Assembly: GCA_020631855.1 (NCBI GenBank)
Contig: JACKGU010000002.1
Location: 234,615 to 298,614, forward strand
Length of the DNA stretch: 64,000 nt
Direction: 5' to 3'
Source of the DNA: Candidatus Nomurabacteria bacterium
Lineage (GTDB): Bacteria; Patescibacteriota; WWE3; UBA101185; UBA10185
Shown piece after piece: positions 7,618 through 16,844 of the stretch (its first letter is position 1; every line of letters begins with the position of its first letter). The notes beneath the pieces were generated by a model. The model was not told the origin of the DNA and ran no database searches. It worked only from the letters and a program-made list of their open reading frames with translations. The translations under genes and the position numbers were made by a program.

Positions 7618-8175
7618 TTAATTTTTTTTAGGTTTTGTGCTTTCTTTAGTCGTCTTTTTTACTGTTTTTTTAGTAGTTGTTGGTGCTTTCTTATTTTCCG
7701 CTTTTTTAGTAGCAGGGGTAGACTTTTTCTCTACTTTTTTTACTGCTACTTTTGCAGGAGCTTTTGCTTCTTTTTCAGCACTTTTTTTAACTCCAGCTTC
7801 AATTGTAGACTTAGCAACTTTCGAAACAGGTTTTATCTGGTTCTCTGCTTTTGTCTTTGTTTCTTCAGTAGATTTTTTACCAACACTTATAGAATCTATT
7901 TTAACTACCGAAATCGGTTGTTTATGTCCCTTAACTTTTCTGTATCGGGATTTTGATTTAAAACGTGCAACTCTTATTTTGTCGTCTCTTTTTTGCTCAA
8001 GGATAGTTGTTTTAACAGTAACGCCCTTTAAAGACTCTGCATCCAAAAGTAAAATTCCCTCTTCAGAATACATTAGAACTTCGAGATTAATCTCGTTTTG
8101 ACGCTCTATCTCAAAGACATCGCCTTCTTGAACTCTTAGTTGTTTTCCACCTAATTGGATTACTGCATATTTCAT
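7618..8175 (-). CDS. rplU: 50S ribosomal protein L21 with a ~95-aa Lys/Ala/Thr-rich C-terminal extension
   Basis: The L21 core is MKYAVIQLGGKQLRVQEGDVFEIE...RVARFKSKSRYRKVKGHKQP. The tracked ORF starts 14 codons earlier (to 8217), but the conserved L21 N-terminus begins at the ATG at 8173-8175. The tail is KAENQIKPVSKVAKS...KKAPTTTKKTVKKTTKESTKPKKN. Confidence 0.8.
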   Translation of the reverse strand: MKYAVIQLGGKQLRVQEGDVFEIERQNEINLEVLMYSEEGILLLDAESLKGVTVKTTILEQKRDDKIRVARFKSKSRYRKVKGHKQPISVVKIDSISVGKKSTEETKTKAENQIKPVSKVAKSTIEAGVKKSAEKEAKAPAKVAVKKVEKKSTPATKKAENKKAPTTTKKTVKKTTKESTKPKKN

Positions 8176-8191
8176 AACATTGTGAATAATA

Positions 8192-8509
8192 CTACAAATG
8201 GTCCAATGATTCAACAATCATAAGATTCTCGACTAAATCAATATCGTCATCTCCTGCTACACGGTTTTTTCTAATTAAACCGCACTTGTTGCATTTGTGT
8301 ACTATTACTTCCTCCCCGTCTTTCTTTATAATTTTCGCGACAGCCGCCATGGCGCCGCCGCATTCTGATTTTCTATCGCCTATTGTATTATCTACGTGCA
8401 TAGAACACAAGCAAAAAGGACAGTGGTTTCTATTTTTTGTTCCCGGGGCTTTAAAAAAAACCTTTTTCGCACAGTTTATGCAATAAAAATACATATTAGT
8501 TTGAGCCAA
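8192..8509 (-). CDS. RNHCP-domain, Cys-rich zinc-ribbon protein
   Basis: 105 aa containing NRNHCPFCLCSMHV and HKCNKCG, i.e. the R-N-H-C-P signature plus Cys pairs. Function unknown. Confidence 0.5.
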   Translation of the reverse strand: MAQTNMYFYCINCAKKVFFKAPGTKNRNHCPFCLCSMHVDNTIGDRKSECGGAMAAVAKIIKKDGEEVIVHKCNKCGLIRKNRVAGDDDIDLVENLMIVESLDHL

Positions 8510-9863
8510 GTGTTATAAGAACGTCGTATTCGGAATCTTCAGGCAGATCGGTTAAGATTTCTACTGTAAACTCATCTTGCAAGTCTTCTTCCAGAACCGA
8601 TGCGTAGGCTTTTTTGCTTTCTTTAATCTGTATAGTGGTAGTTTCCAGCCCACTTTTATCGGAATCTCCTATACCTTCAACTTTATAACCCAGCTCCTCC
8701 AGAGTCGCGCGCGTCTGAGATGCCAAACCTGCTATTCCTGCGCCGTTTTCAACCCTAAGCACTATATCCTCCTTATTTAGATCCTCAATCGCATCTTCAT
8801 CTTCTAAATCAGCGCTGCCTTGGGTAGTGTCGTTCGTTTGTGTCTCTTGGCTAAGTACTGTAGGGGCATTGTCGGTGTTTGATGCAGCAAGACGGCTTGC
8901 TTCCAAACGTGGTCGGTACAAGAACACATATCCGCTTACAACCAATAGAACCACAGCCGCCGACATAGCAACTCCCGCATACACGGGAACCAAACTTCTG
9001 GAGACAGCCGGCAGGGGCAATAGATTTAAAGCATTTACTTGTGTTTGGAGCAGTTCAGGGTTGTCTTTTAGCATCGATTCGGCCATCAAATGTACTTCAT
9101 AACCCTTGGCCTGGGCAAAATCTTCGTCAAGCTCAAGCAGTCTCGAAACTTCGAAAGAAGACTCAAGCTTGCTGTCGTCTTCTCCATCAACCAGATAAAG
9201 CCGGTTTATTGGGGAGGCTTTTTTAAATACACGAAGTTCATCTATGTAGGCGTTCATTGCAGCAGCATCTTTGAAAGTATATTTTTCCTCAACATGGTAG
9301 ATTCCGTTTAGTTCCGCAAGAGCCAGCATTTTTTCGTCGGACGTGCCGTTTGTGGATATAAACACTGCGGGGTCGTTGCTTTGCATAAACTTAGGCAGAA
9401 GCAAAACCCAAGGCAGAACGGCTTTCAGAGGCATTTTAAGTTCTAGAGATAGGCCTAGTATAGAGTCTAGGAGCTGTTTTTTGACAGCAATGAACTGGTA
9501 TACAAAAGGGGCTATTTTTTTATAAGCAAAATAATAGCTATCAATGTCTTCGGTTAGCTTGTTTTTAGCTTCCTCGATGATAAAAGTATCGAGCGAGTCC
9601 TGATTTTTACTAGATGTTACAAAAAACAGCTCCGATTGAGAAGGTTGCAACAAATACACTAGTTGCAAATGCCTTTTTTTGACAGCTGTAAAACCTTCAA
9701 CTACCTTAAATATTGCTTGAGCAAGCTCCTGCGTGTTATTAATCGATCCGTCTTGATCAACAATTTCAGGCGAAACATCAACAGAAGACTGTAAAAGTCC
9801 TTCTTTAGATAATACGCTAGCTTTTAAAATATTATTACTTACTGATAAAATTAAATCGGGCAT
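8496..9863 (-). CDS. Bitopic membrane protein: cytoplasmic N-domain of unknown function, TM, Ser/Thr-rich linker, C-terminal LytR_C-like domain
   Basis: TM segment VYAGVAMSAAVVLLVVSGYVFLY. The C-terminal ~90 aa (LRVENGAGIAGLASQTRATLEELGYKVEGIGDSD...VLITLGSN) resemble the LytR_C cell-envelope domain. Any resemblance of the N-domain to PilM/FtsA is speculative. Confidence 0.4.
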   Translation of the reverse strand: MPDLILSVSNNILKASVLSKEGLLQSSVDVSPEIVDQDGSINNTQELAQAIFKVVEGFTAVKKRHLQLVYLLQPSQSELFFVTSSKNQDSLDTFIIEEAKNKLTEDIDSYYFAYKKIAPFVYQFIAVKKQLLDSILGLSLELKMPLKAVLPWVLLLPKFMQSNDPAVFISTNGTSDEKMLALAELNGIYHVEEKYTFKDAAAMNAYIDELRVFKKASPINRLYLVDGEDDSKLESSFEVSRLLELDEDFAQAKGYEVHLMAESMLKDNPELLQTQVNALNLLPLPAVSRSLVPVYAGVAMSAAVVLLVVSGYVFLYRPRLEASRLAASNTDNAPTVLSQETQTNDTTQGSADLEDEDAIEDLNKEDIVLRVENGAGIAGLASQTRATLEELGYKVEGIGDSDKSGLETTTIQIKESKKAYASVLEEDLQDEFTVEILTDLPEDSEYDVLITLGSN

Positions 9864-9926
9864 ACATAAAATATACCATAAAAATGGTTCCTAAAACTAC
9901 GTATTGCACTAATTTAAGAAATCAAA

Positions 9927-12788
9927 CTAAGCCAAATTTTGAACCCTATATTCAGTAGAAAATTCAATTTCTTCAGCCCCGACTTTATCTTTAATGTAAT
10001 CACCAAACATCTTTAGTATCTCGGCATTGTCAGCCTCGTCCATTAAAAATACTTTAACCCTGTCCGAGACGTCTAGATTTTCTTCTTTTCGCATATCTTG
10101 TATTTTTCTTATTAAGTCGCGCGCCGCTCCTTCAAGCTCTAGCTCGCGAGTAAGTGTTGTATCAAGATAAACTTTGTACTCTTTTGACTCAGAAAAAGGC
10201 ATTGCAGATATTTGAGAAGGTATTTCCGAACCGACATGTACAACCTTAACATTAACCTCATCCTCTATTAAATCCGAAAATAAGTTCAAAGATTCACTTG
10301 TAACATAAAGTCCTGCTAAAGGCTGCCTTATCTTTATTGCTTCCGAAACTCTTACAGAAAGCGCCAGCGAAACAACCTCACGCGTATTAGCCATTCTCTG
10401 AAGTATCTCAATCTCGGATTGCTCCAGCTCTTTGTAAGAAGGGAAAAAATCAAAATGCACGGAACCGAATTCTGTATAGTCGGGTAAATTAAGGGTCTGG
10501 TAAATCTCCTCTGCCATGAAAGGCACAAAGGGTGCAATTAGCTTACTTAAGGAGCTCAAAACAAAAAATAATACATGTAGGGATTCAGCATCTCCTGAAT
10601 TTATGCGGTCTCTAGAACGTCTTACATACCAGGTAGATAAATCATTGACGAGGGGGGCAAGCTGCCGTGCCGCCTCCATAACTGTATAGTCATCCATTTT
10701 CTCCACAACAACATTGATCGTCTCCTGCAATCTTGCCAACACCCATTTATCCAAAACATTATCGCTTTTCGGAACATTTAAATCAGGTTCGAATTCGGCC
10801 TTATTCGCATATGTTACAAAATATTTTACGCAATTCCACAACGGTAAAAAAAACTCTTTGCGGGCGTCGATCAAAACCTGCTCATAAAATCTTGGACTTT
10901 CTCCCTGCACAATAGGCGAATTCAATAAAAAGTATCGTAAAACATCTCCGCCGTACTTGTCTAATACTGTATCAAGCGGCTGATAATTTTTTTTGCTTTT
11001 GCTTAACTTCTTACCCTTTTCGTCAAGCAACATACCTGAAACTACAACATTTTTGTAAGGAACCTTATCAAATAGTGCAACACCGAGAACGTGCATTGTG
11101 TAGAACCAGAGCCTTACCTGATCATCACTCTCCGAAATATACTCGGCAGGGAAGGTCTCTTTAAAACGATCTTGATTCTCAAATGGGTAGTGCAGTTTGG
11201 CAAAAGGCACAGCTCCTGAATCAAACCAAACATCGACAACATCAGGTACTCTTCTAAAAGTGCCTCCACTAGACTTATCGTCCCAAGTCACTTCGTCCAC
11301 ATAAGGCTTGTGAGGATCTTCGAGTTTAACACCGGAAAGCTCTTCTAACTCTTGGAATGAGCCAATAACATGTATATCTCCTGTCTTGTCGTTAATCCAA
11401 ACCGGCAAGGGTGTACCCCAATACCTACTTCTGCTCAGCGCCCAGTCACGGACATTTTCCAACCAAATCTTCGAAGCACCGTTTTTTGTATGTTCAGGCT
11501 TCCAGTTCACTTTTTGGTTTTCCTCAAGCATTCTTTCTTTTAGTTTTGTGGTTGCTAAGTACCAGCTTCTTATTGGCTTATAAATCAAAGGGGTTCCGGT
11601 TCTCCAGCATATCGGCATTCTGTGTAGAATAGTTGAGGAATCAAACAGCAGGCCTTTTTTCTCTAAAGATTCCAGAATTATCGGATTTGCGTCTTTATAA
11701 AATTTGCCTTTAAGCTCTGGGATTTCATCAGTAAACCGCGCGCTCTCGTCCAGGTAATCAAAAAGTTGTATTCCTAAAGCCATAAAAACATCAAAATCCT
11801 CAGCGCCGTAGGGGGCAAGATGAACAATGCCCGTGCCGTCCTCATCGCTTGCATGATCAGCAATAACGATTCTAAAACAACCCTCAGCTCTTTTACTCAA
11901 GTAGTAATCAAACAAAGGCTCGTACTCACGGCCTTCAAGATCAGAACTTGAAAGTTTTTCTAATACTTTATATGAATTATTCTTAAAAACGTCTTCTAAT
12001 CTAGCCTCAGCAACATAATATGTTTCACCTTCATACTGCACTTTTGCATAAACAACCTTTTTCCCTACCGCCAGCATTAAATTAGAAGGCAGGGTCCACG
12101 GGGTTGTAGTCCATGCCAATACAAAAGCGTCTTCATCTATAAGTTTGAACTTTAATGTGACTGAAGGATCTTCAAGCTCTTTGTAGCCACCATCTTGAAC
12201 TTCATGAGTTGATAAGCTCGTGCCAGCACGTGTTGAATAAGCAACAACCTTATATCCTTGATAAAGAAAGCCTTTGTTGTAAAGTTCTTTTAGAGCCCAC
12301 CACATGCTTTCGATATAGCTTGCGTCCATTGTGTAATACATGTCGGATTCATCAAACCAACGTCCCAAACGACTTTCATAAGCAAACATGGCGTCACGGT
12401 GCTTTAGAACAGATTGTCTGCACATCTCGTTAAATTTAGCGACACCAAACTCTTCAATATCGTCTTTGTGTTCAAAGCCCATCTCTTTTTCTATTTCAAA
12501 CTCAACCGGAATTCCTTGGCAATCCCAACCAATATTTCTTGAAACTAGGTAATTTTTCATAGACCAATATCTTGGAATAACGTCTTTCATGGTCCAGGTT
12601 ATAGCATGACCATAGTGAGGCATGCCGTTTGCAGTTATAGGCCCGTCATAATAAACTTTTTCGACTGAATCTTTTCTCAACTCCTTCAAACTCTCTACAG
12701 CTTTTAGAGATTTCCATAACTCTAGCTTTTGCTTCTCAAGATCGGGAAAATCAGGACTTGTAGTCAAATCTTTAAATTTTTTCTTCAT
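9927..12788 (-). CDS. ileS: Isoleucine--tRNA ligase, class I, archaeal/eukaryotic-like long form
   Basis: 953 aa with the HIGH-type motif PHYGHAI, the editing-domain motif WTTTPWTLPSN and the KMSKS-type motif KLSKSKKNY. The length and motif set fit IleRS better than ValRS or LeuRS. Confidence 0.75.
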   Translation of the reverse strand: MKKKFKDLTTSPDFPDLEKQKLELWKSLKAVESLKELRKDSVEKVYYDGPITANGMPHYGHAITWTMKDVIPRYWSMKNYLVSRNIGWDCQGIPVEFEIEKEMGFEHKDDIEEFGVAKFNEMCRQSVLKHRDAMFAYESRLGRWFDESDMYYTMDASYIESMWWALKELYNKGFLYQGYKVVAYSTRAGTSLSTHEVQDGGYKELEDPSVTLKFKLIDEDAFVLAWTTTPWTLPSNLMLAVGKKVVYAKVQYEGETYYVAEARLEDVFKNNSYKVLEKLSSSDLEGREYEPLFDYYLSKRAEGCFRIVIADHASDEDGTGIVHLAPYGAEDFDVFMALGIQLFDYLDESARFTDEIPELKGKFYKDANPIILESLEKKGLLFDSSTILHRMPICWRTGTPLIYKPIRSWYLATTKLKERMLEENQKVNWKPEHTKNGASKIWLENVRDWALSRSRYWGTPLPVWINDKTGDIHVIGSFQELEELSGVKLEDPHKPYVDEVTWDDKSSGGTFRRVPDVVDVWFDSGAVPFAKLHYPFENQDRFKETFPAEYISESDDQVRLWFYTMHVLGVALFDKVPYKNVVVSGMLLDEKGKKLSKSKKNYQPLDTVLDKYGGDVLRYFLLNSPIVQGESPRFYEQVLIDARKEFFLPLWNCVKYFVTYANKAEFEPDLNVPKSDNVLDKWVLARLQETINVVVEKMDDYTVMEAARQLAPLVNDLSTWYVRRSRDRINSGDAESLHVLFFVLSSLSKLIAPFVPFMAEEIYQTLNLPDYTEFGSVHFDFFPSYKELEQSEIEILQRMANTREVVSLALSVRVSEAIKIRQPLAGLYVTSESLNLFSDLIEDEVNVKVVHVGSEIPSQISAMPFSESKEYKVYLDTTLTRELELEGAARDLIRKIQDMRKEENLDVSDRVKVFLMDEADNAEILKMFGDYIKDKVGAEEIEFSTEYRVQNLA

Positions 12789-12798
12789 AAAAACCCCC

Positions 12799-12831
12799 TA
12801 AAAAAGAAAAACCCTTTACTAATAAAGGGTT
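12799..12831 (-). terminator. Intrinsic terminator hairpin plus U-tract immediately upstream of the ileS RBS (attenuator terminator)
   Basis: The minus-strand RNA reads AACCCUUUA-uuag-UAAAGGGUU (9-bp perfect stem), then UUUCUUUUUU, then AGGGGG-uuuuu-AUG (ileS start). Being in the 5' UTR, it blocks ileS unless read through. Confidence 0.55.
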
Positions 12832-12863
12832 AAAGCGAGCCAAACCGAAATACGGCCCGCGAT

Positions 12864-12902
12864 CTAAATAATAATTATTGTTTTTGAAACTTTTGTATTC
12901 AT
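12864..12902 (-). CDS. Candidate ileS leader peptide MNTKVSKTIIII, with four consecutive Ile codons before the stop
   Basis: ATG AAT ACA AAA GTT TCA AAA ACA ATA ATT ATT ATT TAG lies 12 nt downstream of a sigma70-like promoter and directly upstream of a hairpin (GCGGGCC...GGCUCGC) and the terminator. Confidence 0.4.
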   Translation of the reverse strand: MNTKVSKTIIII

Positions 12903-12914
12903 AACCTACACTTG

Positions 12915-12943
12915 ACTATACAAAAAATATTTCTTTAATGCAA
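12915..12943 (-). promoter_or_regulatory. Sigma70-like promoter for the ileS leader: TTGCAT-N17-TATAGT on the minus strand
   Basis: The reverse complement of 12915-12943 is TTGCATtaaagaaatattttttgTATAGT, with -35 at 12938-12943 and -10 at 12915-12920. Confidence 0.45.
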
Positions 12944-13101
12944 ATAAACATTTTTTTCTCTAGGTAAAGCTTGTGACTCTAAAGTGCTAGCGGATACGCA
13001 ATAATTATATTTACTGCAGTAAGGCAGCCAACCTAGTTCACGTATGAAAACTTATGTACGTAGAAGTAAAGAAAGGTCTTCTGCTCTGGGTCCGCAACAC
13101 T

Positions 13102-13749
13102 TCATTTTACTTTTTCATTAAACTTTTTGGGCAACCAAATAGTATCTTCAATCTGCTGAACGTGGTTTGCATACCTTGCTAAAACAAACAATAAATCAGA
13201 CAATCTATTAAAATAAATTAGCATGTCTCTGGAAACATCATCTATAACAAAGTCTTTCTGAGAAACAAAAGATACAAAACTCCGCTCAAGTCTCCTGCAC
13301 ACTGCTCTGGAAATATGTAAATTTTTGGCTTGTATACTGCCGCCAGGTAAAATAAAGTTTTTTAATTCCGGTAAATCTGAGGACAGCTCGTCAATCAAAC
13401 GTTCCGACTTCAAAACCATCGCGCGAACATCTGGCCCTAATGAAGAGGTTCTTGTCCATTTGACTGATTTGGCTAAAGCTGTACCTGCTCTTTTTTTTGA
13501 TTCTGAAACATCACCATCGCCTGAAGATTCATAAGAAGCTATCACAGCACCGAGGCTAAAAAGATCTTCCTGCAGTCCTAGGATTGTTCTTGATATTTTT
13601 GATTTATTATCAACAACAGCTAAAGCCAAAGCAGCATTAAGCTCGTCCATAGTGCCTAATACTTCAAAAACATATTCTTTTTTCGAAAGAATTCCGCCGT
13701 TTATGATTGAGGATTTGCCGGAGTCGCCTTTTTTTGTGTAAATTTTCAT
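13102..13749 (-). CDS. PduO-type ATP:cob(I)alamin adenosyltransferase
   Basis: The N-terminus MKIYTKKGDSGKSSI matches the PduO/MMAB signature (IYTRTGDKGETSL). Its size (215 aa) fits, and the neighbouring gene encodes a B12-dependent RNR. Confidence 0.7.
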   Translation of the reverse strand: MKIYTKKGDSGKSSIINGGILSKKEYVFEVLGTMDELNAALALAVVDNKSKISRTILGLQEDLFSLGAVIASYESSGDGDVSESKKRAGTALAKSVKWTRTSSLGPDVRAMVLKSERLIDELSSDLPELKNFILPGGSIQAKNLHISRAVCRRLERSFVSFVSQKDFVIDDVSRDMLIYFNRLSDLLFVLARYANHVQQIEDTIWLPKKFNEKVK

Positions 13750-13798
13750 AATTTATTCTGCTATAAAAATAGGGGTGCTACAAGGCCTATTTATTGAA

Positions 13799-13828
13799 GG
13801 AGGCAGGGAGATTTTCTCCCTGCCTCCT
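13799..13828. terminator. Perfect 13-bp palindromic hairpin between nrdJ and pduO; likely the nrdJ terminator
   Basis: GGAGGCAGGGAGA-tttt-TCTCCCTGCCTCC lies 40 nt downstream of the nrdJ stop codon. The flanks are A/T-rich on both sides. Confidence 0.45.
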
Positions 13829-13868
13829 TCTTAATAACAAACAATCAAGCCCGGACATAAGCGCCTAA

Positions 13869-16373
13869 TTAACAGACACTATAGCCACAATCATGACACT
13901 TTAAACAACCCTCTTCTCTTATAAGCGAAGAGTTGCCGCAATCCGGACACATATCTAAGTGGGCATTAACACTTATATTATTTGAGTTTTCTTCAATTAT
14001 ATTCGAACCATTCGCCTTTACTTTTATCTTTAAATCGTCTGCCAATACTTTAGCTATAGCATCAGGAATGGAACTTACCCTGCTCTTACCAAAACCTACA
14101 GAACGCGCGCCGCCGATGCCTATTAGTTGCGATACTATTTCTTTTGCTGTCGTCAAAGGATTATAACTTGTTCTCAACCAGCCCGATAAAGACCTTCCAA
14201 GAGCCTCAGAGAGAGCCGATACGTCGCTACCCGCTTTACCTACTCCTACAAAAACCTCGAAAGGATCGCCGTTCGCATCTCTGTTTACAGTAATAAAAGC
14301 CTTTCCCTGGGGAGTTTGAACTTTGTAAGTATTTCCGTTCAACACATACCCTCTATCCATTATCGGCTCGGGATTAACGTTTTTAACTTCCTCGGGACCG
14401 GTATAAGAGCCGGCCTCTTTAGAGTCTTTTACTGCCTTAGTTTCCAAAACTACTTCTGTCCTACTTCCGGTGACATAAACCGTTAATCCTTTACACTTCA
14501 TCTCCCAACCTAGCATATAAGCTTTAGAGACATCTTCCAGGGTCGCGCCCTCAGGGAAATTACATGTTTTAGATATTGAGTTATCTATGAAAGCCTGTAT
14601 TGCGGCCTGAGTCATTATATGCTCTTCGGCAGTAATATCAGAGGAAACAACAAAAACATCACGAATCTCTCTAGGAAGATCTTCTATGTCAGTACAGGAA
14701 CCGGTGTTTGCAACTGAAGAAATAATATTCTGACGCGTTTCCGGAGAAAGATCTAACATATCAAGGGCCTTCTCAAACATTGGACTAACATAGGTGAGGG
14801 TTAGCTTTTCAGAATCTCCTGCAGCCTGATAAACGTTTCTTAAATAAGCCAGAGCAAAAACAGGCTCACAGCCGTAACCCTCAATTCCTGCAACAGTTGA
14901 GATTGTACCGGTTGGGGCAACAGTTGTTTGAGCAGCATTTCTAATACCGTGAGTCCTGATACCCTCCACCACGTATGCCCAATCCAGCGCCGGCCTACCA
15001 AAATCTTTTGAGTAGGGGGTCAGCGGTTTGGGGGGCTGCCATGTTAGATTTTCAGGGTCGTAAATACTACCTTTAATCTTTAAGAAAGGGCCTCTTTCCT
15101 TTGCCAACGCTATTGAAATCTTCATAGAGTGATATCTAATAAATTCAGTTATCTGCGCTGCCAGCTCTTGCCCCTCGAGACTTCCGTACCTTACTCCCAT
15201 TGCATACATCACGTCCGCCAAACCCATAAAACCTAGCCCAATTCTCCTGGCATTTAAGGCCGCCTCTCTGAGCTGAGGAATAGACGGCACATAAGTATTT
15301 TCAGATACTACGTTATCTAAAAATCTTGTTGCTAACTCTACACTTTCCTCTAAGAACTCCCAATTAAGCGTGCCATCTTCGTTAAGATGCGCCTCAAGGT
15401 TGAGCGACCCCAAACAACAGTTCTCATAAGGTCCAAGCCACTGCTCGCCGCAAGGATTTGTTGCCTCCAGATCATAAAGATGGGGCACGGGGTTGGTTCT
15501 ATTTGCCTCGTCGATAAATAACACTCCGGGCTCACCATTTTTGTGTGCGTGTTTAACTATTAAATCAAATATTTCACGAGCCATTGGTGTCTCGGTAACC
15601 TCTTTAGTATTAGGATCTATTAATTCGTAAGCTGTATCGTTTCTAACCGCCTCCATGAATCTGTCGGTAATAGCCACGGAGATGTTGAAATTCGCCATTT
15701 TACCTTCCTGGGCTTTACACATAATAAATTCCCTTATATCCGGATGATCAACCTTTAATACACCCATGTTAGCACCCCGACGAGCTCCTCCCTGAGCTAC
15801 CTCACCGAACGCACCATCATACACGGACATGAACCCAACCGGGCCGCTAGCCTTGCCGTTACTAGATTTTACAATACTGCCCTTTGGTCTAAGCTTTGAA
15901 AATGAAAAGCCGTTTCCACCTCCAGACTGCTGAATTAGTGCCGCAGTTCTTAGCGTAGAAAAAATGCTATCTTCACCAATCCCAAGATCGTCAGAGACCG
16001 GCAAAACGAAACAAGCGGCCAACTGGCCAAGCGGGGTTCCGGCACCGGTAAAAGTAGGGGAATTTGGAAAGAAACGCTTTGTCGCCAAAAGGTTATAGTA
16101 TTCAACCGTAGATTTCTGTACATCTCGGTAAGGAGCATCGGGCTTTGCAACTGTGGAAGCAACGCGTTCAAATAGTTGCTGTATATTTTCGGCATAAGTT
16201 CCGTCGGGATTTTTTCTTAAATACCTTCTCTCCAGTATATTTTGGGAGTTTGGGCTGAGTTCTATGTCTTCCTTTTTTTGCAGACCGTAATCTTTAATAA
16301 AAGTTGTATTAACTTTCAATGAACTGAGTATACTAGGTTTAAAAGCGTTAGAGGCAACATTAATCCACTTCAT
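13869..16373 (-). CDS. nrdJ: Class II (adenosylcobalamin-dependent) ribonucleotide reductase
   Basis: 834 aa. The active-site region is [21 protein letters not shown], and the C-terminal Cys cluster (CPDCGNSS...[12 protein letters not shown]) is typical of NrdJ. Confidence 0.85.
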   Translation of the reverse strand: MKWINVASNAFKPSILSSLKVNTTFIKDYGLQKKEDIELSPNSQNILERRYLRKNPDGTYAENIQQLFERVASTVAKPDAPYRDVQKSTVEYYNLLATKRFFPNSPTFTGAGTPLGQLAACFVLPVSDDLGIGEDSIFSTLRTAALIQQSGGGNGFSFSKLRPKGSIVKSSNGKASGPVGFMSVYDGAFGEVAQGGARRGANMGVLKVDHPDIREFIMCKAQEGKMANFNISVAITDRFMEAVRNDTAYELIDPNTKEVTETPMAREIFDLIVKHAHKNGEPGVLFIDEANRTNPVPHLYDLEATNPCGEQWLGPYENCCLGSLNLEAHLNEDGTLNWEFLEESVELATRFLDNVVSENTYVPSIPQLREAALNARRIGLGFMGLADVMYAMGVRYGSLEGQELAAQITEFIRYHSMKISIALAKERGPFLKIKGSIYDPENLTWQPPKPLTPYSKDFGRPALDWAYVVEGIRTHGIRNAAQTTVAPTGTISTVAGIEGYGCEPVFALAYLRNVYQAAGDSEKLTLTYVSPMFEKALDMLDLSPETRQNIISSVANTGSCTDIEDLPREIRDVFVVSSDITAEEHIMTQAAIQAFIDNSISKTCNFPEGATLEDVSKAYMLGWEMKCKGLTVYVTGSRTEVVLETKAVKDSKEAGSYTGPEEVKNVNPEPIMDRGYVLNGNTYKVQTPQGKAFITVNRDANGDPFEVFVGVGKAGSDVSALSEALGRSLSGWLRTSYNPLTTAKEIVSQLIGIGGARSVGFGKSRVSSIPDAIAKVLADDLKIKVKANGSNIIEENSNNISVNAHLDMCPDCGNSSLIREEGCLKCHDCGYSVC

Positions 16374-16663
16374 ATTAAAGAGGATTTCAGAAACCGGTAG
16401 GCTTAAACTGCCTGAAAGACTACAGGTTTATGGAATCCGGTCAGGAATTTTATACTTTTTTGTTTCAAGTCTTATCTTTTCATAATCAAAAAAACAATAC
16501 CACTAATGCCGATTAATACTTGAACTATTTTGAACTACTGTGGAAATTAAAAATCAATAAACAGGTATTTTTTTTAACCGATCCTATATTGCAACATTCT
16601 AAATTTTAACATTTATGATTTTCTATTACTGCTAAAGGGTTTGAAAGCTCTTAATAACTCTAA

Positions 16664-16781
16664 GCAACCACCAGCTGACGCAGGTGATTTGCTGTAATTT
16701 CTTTGCTCTGCAAAGCCCAACATATTGGGTAAACTACATCTACAAGCCTACACGAGTCGTTTTAAGTAACGAAATTATAAA
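16664..16781 (+). repeat. Copy R3: 3' module, with remnants of the 5' module upstream (~16630-16663)
   Basis: agcaaccaccagctgacgcaggtgatttgctgtaatttctttgctctgcaaagcccaacatattgggtaaactacatctacaagcctacacgagtcgttttaagtaacgaaattataaa. It sits between the ftsZ 3' end and the nrdJ 5' end. Confidence 0.65.
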
Positions 16782-16844
16782 ATAAAGTGGGAATGCGCCA
16801 ATTTTTTATGGTGTTTTATCAAGGAGGGCTACTAGACCCGCTAA

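Noticed and set aside
7483-8101. Two plus-strand ORFs (157 and 154 aa; Cys/Phe/Ser-rich low-complexity proteins) antisense to rplU.
   Set aside because: They are the mirror image of the Lys/Ala-rich (AAA/GCA-rich) L21 tail, have no sensible protein features, and are fully nested in a conserved ribosomal protein gene. Spurious.
12831-13100. T-box riboswitch upstream of ileS.
   Set aside because: There is no conserved T-box sequence (AGGGUGGnACCGCG) or specifier-loop architecture. The short leader-peptide plus terminator arrangement explains the region better.
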